DNA of 61,018 nt, taken from the NCBI GenBank assembly GCA_039714435.1, contig JBDLJJ010000002.1, positions 1-61,018 on the forward strand. The letters are read 5' to 3'. Of this stretch, positions 29,385 through 38,064 are shown piece after piece; positions within the stretch are counted from its first letter, which is position 1; each line of letters opens with the position of its first letter. A program made the position numbers and the translations under genes. The notes below the pieces were generated by a model. It saw only the letters and a program-made list of their open reading frames with translations, made no database searches and was not told where the DNA came from. The stretch comes from Gemmatimonadota bacterium (lineage in GTDB: Bacteria; Gemmatimonadota; Gemmatimonadetes; Palauibacterales; Palauibacteraceae).

Positions 29385-29458
29385 GGCAGGGTAGCTCAGT
29401 CGGTCAGAGCGGGGGACTCATAAGCCCTAGGTCGCGGGTTCGAATCCCGCCCCTGCCA
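29385..29458 (+). tRNA. tRNA with anticodon CAT (elongator Met or lysidine-modified Ile2); CCA not encoded
   Basis: Hand-folded cloverleaf. Acceptor GGCAGGG/CCCTGCC, D arm GCTC-AGTCGGTCA-GAGC, anticodon loop CTCATAA, variable AGGTC, T arm GCGGG-TTCGAAT-CCCGC, discriminator A. G1-C72 and C11-G24 argue against an initiator. Confidence 0.9.
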
Positions 29459-29541
29459 CTTCTTCCGGGTTGGATCTTTCTTATCGTCTTCGGCGTTCTA
29501 CCTCTCTAATACCTGACTGAAGACCAGACCGAGGACAGCTC

Positions 29542-30534
29542 ATGCTGATCAAGAAAAGATCGCCCGGGGATATTTCCTCTTCCGAGTTGACTCCCGAGGC
29601 CGCGTACCTTTCGCGCCGCCGCTTCGTGGACCGGGCGGCCCGCTTCGCTGCGGCGGCGACGCTGGGCCCGTCGGTGCTGACGGCTTGTGACGTCTTGCCC
29701 GGGCAGGACTCGGTCGCAACAGGGGCCGGTCCGGTGCCTCAGGAGGCGCAGGACTTCTCCAGTGCCCGGTCCGAGCTAGGCGAACCCCTCACTCCATACA
29801 GAGACGTGACGCAGTACAACAACTTCTATGAGTTCGGCACGGGTAAGGAAGATCCGGCGCGCAACGCAGGAGCCCTGACGACCAGCCCGTGGACGATCTC
29901 GGTCGAGGGGGAGGTGGCCAAGCCGGCCCAGTACGACCTGGCCGACTTCGTGGCTCCGCACAAGCTTGAAGACCGGATTTACAGGCTCCGCTGCGTCGAA
30001 GCGTGGTCCATGGTTATCCCGTGGCGGGGATTTCCGCTGGCCGACCTGGTCCGCCGCGTAGAGCCGACCAGCCGGGCGCGTTTCGTGGAGTTCACGACGT
30101 TGCTTCGGCCGGTTGAGATGATCGGCCAGCGCCGGCGCGTGCTCGACTGGCCCTACGTCGAGGGGCTGCGCCTGGACGAGGCGATGAACCCGCTCACGCT
30201 TCTGTGCACGGGAGTGTACGGTCGCGATTTGCCGAACCAGAACGGCGCACCGCTGCGACTCGTTGTTCCCTGGAAGTACGGATTCAAGAGCATCAAATCC
30301 ATCGTACGCATGCGCTTCGTGGCCGAAATGCCCCGCTCGTCCTGGATGATTTCGGCCCCCAGAGAGTACGGGTTTTTCGCCAACGTAAATCCAACCGTGG
30401 ATCATCCGAGGTGGAGCCAGGCGCGGGAGCGCCGAATCGGCAAGCTCAGGCGGCAGCCCACATTGATGTTCAACGGATACGCCGACCAGGTAGCCAGCAT
30501 GTATTCTGACTTGGATCTGCGCCGCTATTATTGA
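29542..30534 (+). CDS. msrP: Protein-methionine-sulfoxide reductase catalytic subunit MsrP (YedY, molybdopterin)
   Basis: 330 aa. Tat signal [57 protein letters not shown] and ERRIG. Confidence 0.9.
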   Translation: MLIKKRSPGDISSSELTPEAAYLSRRRFVDRAARFAAAATLGPSVLTACDVLPGQDSVATGAGPVPQEAQDFSSARSELGEPLTPYRDVTQYNNFYEFGTGKEDPARNAGALTTSPWTISVEGEVAKPAQYDLADFVAPHKLEDRIYRLRCVEAWSMVIPWRGFPLADLVRRVEPTSRARFVEFTTLLRPVEMIGQRRRVLDWPYVEGLRLDEAMNPLTLLCTGVYGRDLPNQNGAPLRLVVPWKYGFKSIKSIVRMRFVAEMPRSSWMISAPREYGFFANVNPTVDHPRWSQARERRIGKLRRQPTLMFNGYADQVASMYSDLDLRRYY

Positions 30535-30565
30535 CTCTCCCGCTAGGCCGGCGCGGCGGGACATC

Positions 30566-31153
30566 TTGGCGGCCAAGGTTTTGGTGTGGATCGGTGCCCT
30601 GTCTCCCGCCGCATGGCTGGGATACAGAGCCTGGTCCGGTGATCTCGGCGCCAATCCGGTGGAGGAAGTGCAGCTGTCTACCGGGTGGTGGGGCCTGACG
30701 TTGCTGGTCTGTACTCTTGCCGTGACTCCGGTGAGGCGCCTGACCGGGTGGAACCGGATTATTCGCCTTCGCCGCCTGCTCGGACTGTTCGCGTTCTTTT
30801 ACGTCTCGCTGCACTTCCTCAACTATCTGGTTCTGGACCAGTTCTTCGCCTGGGAGTACATCGCCGAGGATATTCTGGAGCGCCCCTTCATTACGATTGG
30901 CTTCGCCGCCTGGCTCGTTCTGCTCTCGCTGGCCATAACTTCGACGACGGGATGGATACGCAGACTGGGACGTCGCTGGCAGGCGCTGCATAGTTTAGTT
31001 TATATAGCAGCTGTACTTGGAGCACTACACTTCACGTGGAAGGTCAAGGCAGATACGCGCGAGCCACTGGTGTTCGCCGCCGTTCTGGCGTTTCTACTGG
31101 CGTCGCGCCTTCCGGACCTGCGGCGACGCCGCAGGTCCGGGAAGACAGCCTGA
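30566..31153 (+). CDS. msrQ: MsrQ (YedZ) heme-binding membrane subunit
   Basis: 195 aa and 6 TM segments, with conserved His residues (YVSLHFLNY, LHSLVY, ALHFTWK) in a ferric-reductase-like TM domain. TTG start. Confidence 0.87.
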   Translation: MAAKVLVWIGALSPAAWLGYRAWSGDLGANPVEEVQLSTGWWGLTLLVCTLAVTPVRRLTGWNRIIRLRRLLGLFAFFYVSLHFLNYLVLDQFFAWEYIAEDILERPFITIGFAAWLVLLSLAITSTTGWIRRLGRRWQALHSLVYIAAVLGALHFTWKVKADTREPLVFAAVLAFLLASRLPDLRRRRRSGKTA

Positions 31154-31159
31154 TGAGTT

Positions 31160-31363
31160 CTAGAGCAGCGTGTCCATACGCAGAAGGTAGGCTGGCTCAA
31201 CCAAGAGCATCTGAGGGCAACCGCTATCCGGCGCTATCACTGCCGGCTGCGCTCCCTGCACTTCAGCCGCAGAGGCCGCCTCCGACAACAGCGTGCCCCC
31301 GACCAAGGCAATCGCCGCGAATCCGATCGCTATCAGATCGTGGATCATCGTCCGTGTTCCCAT
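31160..31363 (-). CDS. Possible small secreted peptide (67 aa)
   Basis: GGGAG lies 5 nt upstream of the ATG. Signal-like MGTRTMIHDLIAIGFAAIALVGGTLLSEAASA-AE, one Cys, and GC-rich third codon positions. No family recognised. Confidence 0.35.
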   Translation of the reverse strand: MGTRTMIHDLIAIGFAAIALVGGTLLSEAASAAEVQGAQPAVIAPDSGCPQMLLVEPAYLLRMDTLL

Positions 31364-31544
31364 TGTTTCTCCCGTAGAAGCTGAACACACTCCCGTAGAG
31401 GGGAGTGCGTTGCCTCACAGAAAAGCAACGTCCGTGCCATCCTGGCGATAAATGTAAGTATCTGTTTTGCAGTGGTATATGAGATGGGCTAGCGGCATTG
31501 GAGGGACGGCGTATCGTTCGGGCCGGGGACGACCTGTACCGAAA

Positions 31545-31608
31545 CCGGACAGTCTCCGGCCGGGCGCATCCCGCCCGGACCGGGTTGCAGGCCGGGCCGG
31601 ATCCGGTC
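31545..31608. other. Cluster of three consecutive CCGG-rich hairpins (intergenic)
   Basis: CCGGA-cagtc-TCCGG (31545-31559), CCGGGCG-catcc-CGCCCGG (31560-31578) and GACCGG-19 nt-CCGGTC (31578-31608). Function unknown. Confidence 0.4.
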
Positions 31609-31645
31609 TAGCTTCCTGAAGCAGCAAACCCAAGCGTACGGAGCG

Positions 31646-31765
31646 ATGGCAGTGAACATACCGGACAGCTATATCCTTATCGGAATTATCACCGCGATAC
31701 CTGTCGCTGGCCTTCTCGTGGCCCTGGTCGCAGCTCGCGTCCCGAGCCGACGCCCGGACGAATAG
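31646..31765 (+). CDS. Possible 39-codon membrane micro-ORF upstream of thiI
   Basis: MAVNIPDSYILIGIITAIPVAGLLVALVAARVPSRRPDE has one TM helix and a basic tail. GGAG lies only 2 nt from the ATG (poor spacing). It falls below the ORF-track cutoff. Confidence 0.3.
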   Translation: MAVNIPDSYILIGIITAIPVAGLLVALVAARVPSRRPDE

Positions 31766-31793
31766 GGAAGCTCGGGCGGGCTGGCAGGATCAA

Positions 31794-33329
31794 ATGACGT
31801 CTCATTCTCCGGCTCAACACAGCGCCGCCTCTCCGCGGGACGTGCTGCTTCGCCTATCGGGGGAAGTCACCACAAAGGGACGACACACCAGGCTGCGTTT
31901 TCAGCGAGGTCTGGCCCGGAATCTCCGCGCTGCTCTGACCCGCAGAGACTTCGCCTACAAGGTCGAAGAGGATTGGAGCCGCCTGTACCTCAGTCCCGAG
32001 GCGGCTGAGGAGAAGGATCTGGCGTCTTCGGGTGTGTTGGCTGAGGTGTTCGGAATCAGTTCCTACTCTCCAATTGACGCTGAGTGCGAAGCGGATCTTG
32101 GCCGAATCGTCGAAACCGGATCCCGCATCTATTCAGACATGGTGGAAGGTCGCACTTTTGCCGTGCGCGCCCGGCGTTCCGGACAGCACGGATTCCGGTC
32201 CCGCGACGTCATGGTGGAGCTTGGGGCCGCGCTGAACGAGCTGGGCAGGGTGGACCTCTCCAATCCTGATGTGGTCGTAAGCGTAGAGGTCCGCGACGGA
32301 CGAACCTGGTTCTATTCGGAGCGGTTGGATGGGCCCGGTGGACTCCCCCTGGGTGTGGAGGGGCGCGCCGTGTGCCTCCTGTCGGGCGGTTTCGACTCCG
32401 GTGTCGCGGCCTGGATGCTTCTCCGGCGGGGAGTAAGCCTGGACTATGTTTTCTGCAATCTGGGCGGTGCGGCTTATCGGCGCATGGTTCTGCAAGTGGC
32501 TCACGTGCTGGCGGACCGCTGGAGCTATGGCATCGAGCCCCGAATCCATGTAGTACCGTTTGGCCCTGTTGTGGCCGAACTGCGGCGCGTGGTCCGGCCG
32601 GCTTATCTGCAAGTAGCCCTGAAGCGCCAGATGTATGCAGCCGCAGAGCACATCGCGGAGGCGGTAGGAGGTGAGGCGATCGTTACCGGTGAGGCGGTAG
32701 GCCAGGTATCGTCGCAAACTCTCACCAACCTGCGTGCCATCGACAACGCGACATCTTTGCCGGTCCTGCGCCCGCTCATCGGCTATGACAAGGAACAGAT
32801 CATCGCCTCGGCGCGGCACGTCGGAACCCACGACCTGTCGGCGCGGGTCCGTGAATACTGCTCTATCGGAGACGGCCGAACCGCTACCGGGGCACGGCCC
32901 GCTGCGCTGGAGTCCGATGTTGCCAGGATGAACCCAGCCGTTTTGGCCCAGGCTCTGGATAGGACTGAAACCGTTCGGCTCAAGCAGCTGGACCTGGCGG
33001 AATTGGCACTGGACGGACTGTTCGTGGACGAGATCAGGCCAGGCGCCAGGGTGGTGGACACGCGGGACGCAGCTGCCTTCCGGGCCTGGCACTGGCCGGG
33101 AGCTGAACACCACCCGTTGGCGAAGATTGCCGGATCCAGCGCCACGCTGGACAAGAAGGGCGTCCATGTGCTCGTGTGCGAGCAAGGACTGCTGAGCGCT
33201 CAGCTGGCCGAACGGCTTCAATCGGAGGGGTATGAGGCCTACAGCTTCGCCGGCGGGGCCGGAGCCTTGCGCCGGCTCCAAGAATCCAGGGCAGAGCAGC
33301 CTGCCGCGACGCCGGGTGGACACCAGTGA
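31794..33329 (+). CDS. thiI: tRNA 4-thiouridine(8) synthase ThiI with C-terminal rhodanese domain
   Basis: 511 aa. THUMP-containing N-terminal half, PP-loop LLSGGFDSGVAAW, and a C-terminal rhodanese-like region with VLVCEQGLLS. Confidence 0.92.
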   Translation: MTSHSPAQHSAASPRDVLLRLSGEVTTKGRHTRLRFQRGLARNLRAALTRRDFAYKVEEDWSRLYLSPEAAEEKDLASSGVLAEVFGISSYSPIDAECEADLGRIVETGSRIYSDMVEGRTFAVRARRSGQHGFRSRDVMVELGAALNELGRVDLSNPDVVVSVEVRDGRTWFYSERLDGPGGLPLGVEGRAVCLLSGGFDSGVAAWMLLRRGVSLDYVFCNLGGAAYRRMVLQVAHVLADRWSYGIEPRIHVVPFGPVVAELRRVVRPAYLQVALKRQMYAAAEHIAEAVGGEAIVTGEAVGQVSSQTLTNLRAIDNATSLPVLRPLIGYDKEQIIASARHVGTHDLSARVREYCSIGDGRTATGARPAALESDVARMNPAVLAQALDRTETVRLKQLDLAELALDGLFVDEIRPGARVVDTRDAAAFRAWHWPGAEHHPLAKIAGSSATLDKKGVHVLVCEQGLLSAQLAERLQSEGYEAYSFAGGAGALRRLQESRAEQPAATPGGHQ

Positions 33330-34087
33330 GTTCATCCGCCGCTGATCTGCGCCTGCAGTTGCCGGAGCAGACCCAACGGCCACGGCACGTCGCCATCATC
33401 ATGGACGGAAATGGTCGCTGGGCGCAGCAGAACGGCTTGCCTCGCTGGAGAGGCCATCGGCAAGGCATGAAGGCGGTTCGGGAAGCGGTCGAGGGCGCGC
33501 TGGAAGCTGACCTGGAGTTTCTGACTCTGTATGCCTTTTCCCAGGAGAACTGGAGCCGCCCCAGGCTCGAGGTAAGGGCCCTCATGAGCCTCCTGTGTGA
33601 GTTTGTAGAAATCGAGAAGCAGGATCTACGCAAGCAGGGAGTTCGGGTAAAGTTCTTCGGCCAGCTCGAACGTTTGTCTCAGGCTGCCCGCAGCGCCGTA
33701 CAGGAACTCGAGAGGCATACGGCCGATCAGACGAAAATGCAGCTCAATTTTGCCATCAGCTATGGTTCTCGAGACGAAATCGTAGGAGCCGCTCGCCGGC
33801 TCGCGGAACGGGTAGCCGACGGCGACATCAGTCCCTCCGAGGTAACTGAGGAGTCGATGAGTGAAGAAATGCTCACCGCGGGCTGGCCGGACCCGGACCT
33901 TCTGATTCGCACGTCGGGAGAATTCAGGATTTCCAACTTCCTTCTGTGGCAGATCGCCTACGCCGAGATCCACGTCACGAACGTTCTGTGGCCCGACTTC
34001 ACGCGTGCCGATCTGTATGGTGCGCTGCGTGATTTCGCGGCCCGGGAGCGCCGCTTTGGTGGCGTCGGCGGGCCAGGTGGCTCGTGA
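33326..34087 (+). CDS. uppS: Undecaprenyl-diphosphate synthase (cis-isoprenyl transferase)
   Basis: HVAIIMDGNGRWA, LTLYAFSQENWSRP, IRTSGEFRISNFLLWQIAYAE. GTG start overlaps the thiI stop. Confidence 0.95.
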   Translation: MSSSAADLRLQLPEQTQRPRHVAIIMDGNGRWAQQNGLPRWRGHRQGMKAVREAVEGALEADLEFLTLYAFSQENWSRPRLEVRALMSLLCEFVEIEKQDLRKQGVRVKFFGQLERLSQAARSAVQELERHTADQTKMQLNFAISYGSRDEIVGAARRLAERVADGDISPSEVTEESMSEEMLTAGWPDPDLLIRTSGEFRISNFLLWQIAYAEIHVTNVLWPDFTRADLYGALRDFAARERRFGGVGGPGGS

Positions 34088-34908
34088 GCAATCTCGGTCA
34101 GCGCCTGACGGTAGCCGCCGTCGGAATCCCAGTAGTCGCCGCGGTGACATGGATCGGCGGAGCCTGGTTCGCCGCCGGCCTGGCCGTGCTGGCGGCCATC
34201 GCCACCTCGGAGCTCATGAGCATGCTGAGGCAGAGGGGATCGCAGGTTCCAGCCCGACTGGCGGTCCTGGCGGCAGCCTCGTTTCCCCTGCTCGTGTACG
34301 TGAGCGGACTCGGCCGGCTGTGGCTGCCGATCTTGATCACGCTGTTCCTGGTAACGGCCTACACGAGTCTGACGGTGAGACCGGAAGACGGGCCGTTCAC
34401 TTCCGCTGCGCTCACGCTTACCGGCGTTCTCGGGGTGGGCGGGCTGTTGAGCTTCGGCGTCGCACTCCGCGCCATGGGGACGGGCCGTGTGGAGGGGACG
34501 TTTCTCTTCCTGCTTCCCGTCGTGCTGACCTGGGTGACCGATTCCGCGGCCTATTTCGGCGGGCGCGCCTTCGGCCGCCGGCAACTGGCGCCCATTATCA
34601 GCCCCAACAAGACGCGCGAAGGCGGACTGGCGGGCTTGCTGGCTGGTGGGGTCGGTGCAGTCATCTACGTCTGGCTCTTTCTTCCCGACCTGTACCTTGA
34701 TCTGGGCATCGGGGGGTTGGCCGCGTTCGGGGTAGCCATCGCGGCCGCGGCGACGGTGGGAGATCTGGCCGAGTCGGCTCTGAAGCGGGAGTGCGGAGTT
34801 AAGGACTCGTCGGCCTTGCTCCCCGGTCACGGTGGTCTGCTGGACCGAATGGACTCGTTGCTGTGGACGATTCCGACCGCCTTCGTCCTGCTGTGGATGG
34901 CGATGTGA
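34084..34908 (+). CDS. cdsA: Phosphatidate cytidylyltransferase
   Basis: Multi-TM protein with SAAYFGGRAFGRRQLAPIISPNKTREG and LPGHGGLLDRMDSL. GTGA overlap with uppS. Confidence 0.92.
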   Translation: MSNLGQRLTVAAVGIPVVAAVTWIGGAWFAAGLAVLAAIATSELMSMLRQRGSQVPARLAVLAAASFPLLVYVSGLGRLWLPILITLFLVTAYTSLTVRPEDGPFTSAALTLTGVLGVGGLLSFGVALRAMGTGRVEGTFLFLLPVVLTWVTDSAAYFGGRAFGRRQLAPIISPNKTREGGLAGLLAGGVGAVIYVWLFLPDLYLDLGIGGLAAFGVAIAAAATVGDLAESALKRECGVKDSSALLPGHGGLLDRMDSLLWTIPTAFVLLWMAM

Positions 34909-36098
34909 GCGCAGCCCGCAACGTAGTCGTACTTGGCGCCACAGGTTCGATCGGCCGCTCCACGCTCAACGTACTGCGCCGGCACCCGGACCGGTTTCGG
35001 GCTATCGGCCTGGCGGCCGCCTCAAACGTGTCGGGTCTGGATGAGCTGGCACTGGAATTCGATCCCGATTTCGTAGTGCTCACCCGGCCGCCACCGGATG
35101 ACTTTCAGCCACGCTGGTCTGGCGAGTGGAGAATCGGCCAGGAAGAGCTGGGACGCGCCGCGGCCACCGCCGCCGCGCATACGGTGGTCAACGCCGTGGT
35201 CGGTTTCACCGGCCTGGAAGCGACACTGGCGGCGTTGGCGGCCGGAAAACGGCTCGCGCTGGCCAACAAGGAGTCACTCGTGGCCGGGGGCGATCTCGTG
35301 CTCGAGGCCTGGAAAGGTGGTGCGGGGGAGCTACTACCCGTCGACAGCGAACACAGCGCGATTCTTCAATGTCTTCAGTCGCGGCCCGTTTCCGAGGTCA
35401 GCCGGATCATCCTCACCGCGTCGGGCGGCCCGTTTCGCACCCACTCGGCACAGGCGCTGCGCGAGGTCACCAGGGCCGAAGCGCTGGCTCATCCCACCTG
35501 GGATATGGGCGACAAGATCAGCGTCGATTGTGCCACATTGGCCAACAAGGCGCTGGAGGTGATCGAGGCGCACCTCTTGTTCGGCGTGGACTACGACCGG
35601 ATCGAGGTATTGGTCCACCCTAGCTCGGTGGTTCATTCCATGGTGGAGTTCTGCGACGGGTCGACCGTGGCTCAGCTCAGCAATCCCAGCATGGAAATAC
35701 CGATCCAGTACGCGCTCTCCTGGCCGGAACGGCTGGAGAACGTATTCACCCCTCTGGATCCTGTCGGCGGAGGGCCTCTGACGTTCGAGATCCCTCGTAG
35801 CCTGGACTTTCCGCTCCTCGGCATGGGGGTGAGCGCTGGGCGGCGGGGCGGTACGTTGCCTGCGGTGTTCAACGCGGCCAATGAAGTGGCCGTGGCGGCT
35901 TTCCTCGATGGCGCTCTTGATTTTCAGGGTATTTCGGCCATCGTAGGTGACGTTCTGGATCAGTCAGAGCCGTATCCGGTGCGCACTCTGGAGGGACTTC
36001 GCGAGGTCGATTCACGGGCCCGGCGCCTGGCGCGAGAGGCGATAGGGGCTCGGAATTCGGAACCTCGGGCAACACAGGGTGTGAAAAGAGCGTTGTAA
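34905..36098 (+). CDS. dxr: 1-deoxy-D-xylulose-5-phosphate reductoisomerase
   Basis: VVVLGATGSIGRST, LANKESLV, PVDSEHSA, LTASGGPFR, HPTWDMG and NAANE. GTG 34905 overlaps the cdsA stop. ORF-track start 34863 is rejected. Confidence 0.95.
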   Translation: MSAARNVVVLGATGSIGRSTLNVLRRHPDRFRAIGLAAASNVSGLDELALEFDPDFVVLTRPPPDDFQPRWSGEWRIGQEELGRAAATAAAHTVVNAVVGFTGLEATLAALAAGKRLALANKESLVAGGDLVLEAWKGGAGELLPVDSEHSAILQCLQSRPVSEVSRIILTASGGPFRTHSAQALREVTRAEALAHPTWDMGDKISVDCATLANKALEVIEAHLLFGVDYDRIEVLVHPSSVVHSMVEFCDGSTVAQLSNPSMEIPIQYALSWPERLENVFTPLDPVGGGPLTFEIPRSLDFPLLGMGVSAGRRGGTLPAVFNAANEVAVAAFLDGALDFQGISAIVGDVLDQSEPYPVRTLEGLREVDSRARRLAREAIGARNSEPRATQGVKRAL

Positions 36099-36146
36099 AG
36101 GCAGCGCCGGAAATACGAACTAACAGTCAATGGAATAGCCACATAT

Positions 36147-37244
36147 ATGCTGATTACCATCCTGGCCACGATCGTCGTACTCGGGGTCCTTATCCTCGTC
36201 CACGAGTTGGGGCACTATTGGGCTGCCAAGGCCGTAGACATTGAAGTAAGCCGGTTTTCGATCGGCTTCGGACCGAAGCTCGTCGGCTTCCGTCGCGGCG
36301 AGACCGAGTATGTGATTTCAGCCTTGCCGCTTGGCGGCTACGTAAAGATGGAGGGTATGGCGGACGAGGAGGCGTACGCTGCGCTGGAGGGCGGTGCTTC
36401 CGAGGGTCCGCCCAGGCAGCCCTCTTCCCGTGACTTTGACGCCAAGCCTTTGTGGGCCCGAACCATCGTCATACTGGCCGGCGTGACGATGAACATCTTG
36501 TTCGCTTTCCTCGCCTTTACGGCCATCGCCCGCACGCAGGGCGTGCCTCTGGCCAAGATTTCCGAAGTAGCGCCCGACACTCCGGCCGAGGCGGCCGGGT
36601 TGGTTTCTGGCGATGAGATCATCGGCGTGGCGGGGGACTCGGTGGCTGACCGGGTCGACGCAGTCATCGCTATTCAAGAATCGCCAGGTCAGCCGCTGGA
36701 TATCGTCGTGCTGCGTGACGAACAGCTCGTGGACCTGGTCGTGACGCCAGCTGCGACGATGGTGTTCGACGACATCGCCAGGGACAGCATCGAGATCGGC
36801 CGGATAGGGGTGGTTTTCGCGACAGTAGGTTCCAACAGGCCGATGGGGCTGCTACCGGCCATCAGTCTAGGCGCCGACCGAACAGTGTTCTGGGCCACAT
36901 CTATCGGTGATTTCCTGCGCCAGCTGTTCACGGGCCAGGTGCCGCCGGGCGATCTGGGCGGCCCCATCATGATCGGTCAGCTGTCGGGCGAGTTCGCTCG
37001 CTCCGGTTTCTGGAGCCTGCTTAACTTCATGGCGATTCTTAGTGTCAACCTTGCGGTGCTCAATCTGCTTCCCATTCCGGTGTTGGACGGCGGGCACCTG
37101 CTGTTCCTGGGAATGGAAGCCGTCCGGGGCCGGGCCATGAGCTTGGAAGGCCGGCTGCGGCTGACTCAGCTCGGCTTCTTGATCGTCCTGGGCTTGATGG
37201 TGTGGGCCTTTTCGGCCGACATTGTCCGGCTCTTCAAAGCCTGA
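36147..37244 (+). CDS. rseP: RIP metalloprotease RseP (site-2 protease, M50)
   Basis: HELGHY zinc motif in the first TM region, a central PDZ-like segment (GLVSGDEIIGV), and LNLLPIPVLDGGHL. Confidence 0.92.
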   Translation: MLITILATIVVLGVLILVHELGHYWAAKAVDIEVSRFSIGFGPKLVGFRRGETEYVISALPLGGYVKMEGMADEEAYAALEGGASEGPPRQPSSRDFDAKPLWARTIVILAGVTMNILFAFLAFTAIARTQGVPLAKISEVAPDTPAEAAGLVSGDEIIGVAGDSVADRVDAVIAIQESPGQPLDIVVLRDEQLVDLVVTPAATMVFDDIARDSIEIGRIGVVFATVGSNRPMGLLPAISLGADRTVFWATSIGDFLRQLFTGQVPPGDLGGPIMIGQLSGEFARSGFWSLLNFMAILSVNLAVLNLLPIPVLDGGHLLFLGMEAVRGRAMSLEGRLRLTQLGFLIVLGLMVWAFSADIVRLFKA

Positions 37245-38064
37245 ACAGGCTGAGCTGGCGGGTCGGCCGGGCGCGCACGGCCAGGGTTCCGATGTCGTAC
37301 AGGGCGGTGGGTTCATGCTGCTCGGCTATCTGCAGCAAGCCCCTGAATCCGGCCCGGGCCAGTCGACGCCCCACCTCGCGGCGGGCCTCTTCCCGGCTGT
37401 TGCATTCTCCGCTCAAATGGGCCAGAAGAACGCCACCCAGGTCGGGATGAACGAGTTCCGCGGCCAGGTCTCCCGCCATGCGGTTCGAGAGGTGCCCGCG
37501 GCTTCCGCCGATTCTCTGCTTTACTGACCAGGGATAGGGGCTCTCCCGCAGGCGCAACTCGTCGTGGTTCGCTTCCAGGACCAGGAAGTGGCAGCGACCC
37601 AGGGCGCGGCGCACTGAGGTGGTGGGTCTTCCGAGGTCAGTGGCGACACCGATCCGGAGGCCCGTGGCCGGCTCATGAACGCAGAACGCGACAGGCTCGG
37701 CCGCATCGTGAACAGTCTGCAGCGGTTCGACCTCCAGGTCGTCGAGGACGAAAGCACGCTCTCCCTCGATGGGCACGATGCGCTCAGTTCCGGAAAACAG
37801 AGCGGAGCAGGCGTCTGCCGTACCAGCCGTCATGAACAGAGGCAGTCCCCAGCGGCGGGCCAGTACGCCGCAGCCTCGTGAGTGATCCTGATGCTCATGG
37901 GTGATGAGCGCCCCGCTCAAACTTTCGGGCTCGATGCCTAGCAACCGCAGCCGGATCTCGATCTGCCGGCCACTGAACCCGGCATCAACCAGCAGCCTTG
38001 TCTGTCCGCCTTCTACCACCAGTGCGTTGCCCGCGCTTCCGCTTCCAAGCGAGGCGAGCCTCAT
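37234..38064 (-). CDS. MBL-fold metallo-hydrolase (YycJ/PhnP-like)
   Basis: 276 aa with LGSGSAGNA, LLVDAG, THEHQDHSRG and a late GHLSN. Its 3' end overlaps the rseP 3' end by 11 nt (convergent). Confidence 0.85.
   Translation of the reverse strand: MRLASLGSGSAGNALVVEGGQTRLLVDAGFSGRQIEIRLRLLGIEPESLSGALITHEHQDHSRGCGVLARRWGLPLFMTAGTADACSALFSGTERIVPIEGERAFVLDDLEVEPLQTVHDAAEPVAFCVHEPATGLRIGVATDLGRPTTSVRRALGRCHFLVLEANHDELRLRESPYPWSVKQRIGGSRGHLSNRMAGDLAAELVHPDLGGVLLAHLSGECNSREEARREVGRRLARAGFRGLLQIAEQHEPTALYDIGTLAVRARPTRQLSLFRL

Noticed and set aside
29385-29458. The tRNA-CAT as initiator tRNA-fMet, and the tRNA as an integration hotspot for a genomic island.
   Set aside because: G1-C72 is paired and 11:24 is C-G, both elongator features. 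The flanking genes are ftsB and msrPQ, with no integrase, no direct repeat of the tRNA 3' end and no compositional shift.
31436-31793. TPP riboswitch upstream of thiI. Cobalamin, SAM and guanidine riboswitch cores were also checked.
   Set aside because: I could not find the conserved TPP elements (CUGAGA and ACCUGAUCUGGAUAAUGCCAGCG-like) or the other cores by eye. thiI is also not a typical TPP-riboswitch target. The region is kept only as an unexplained structured segment.
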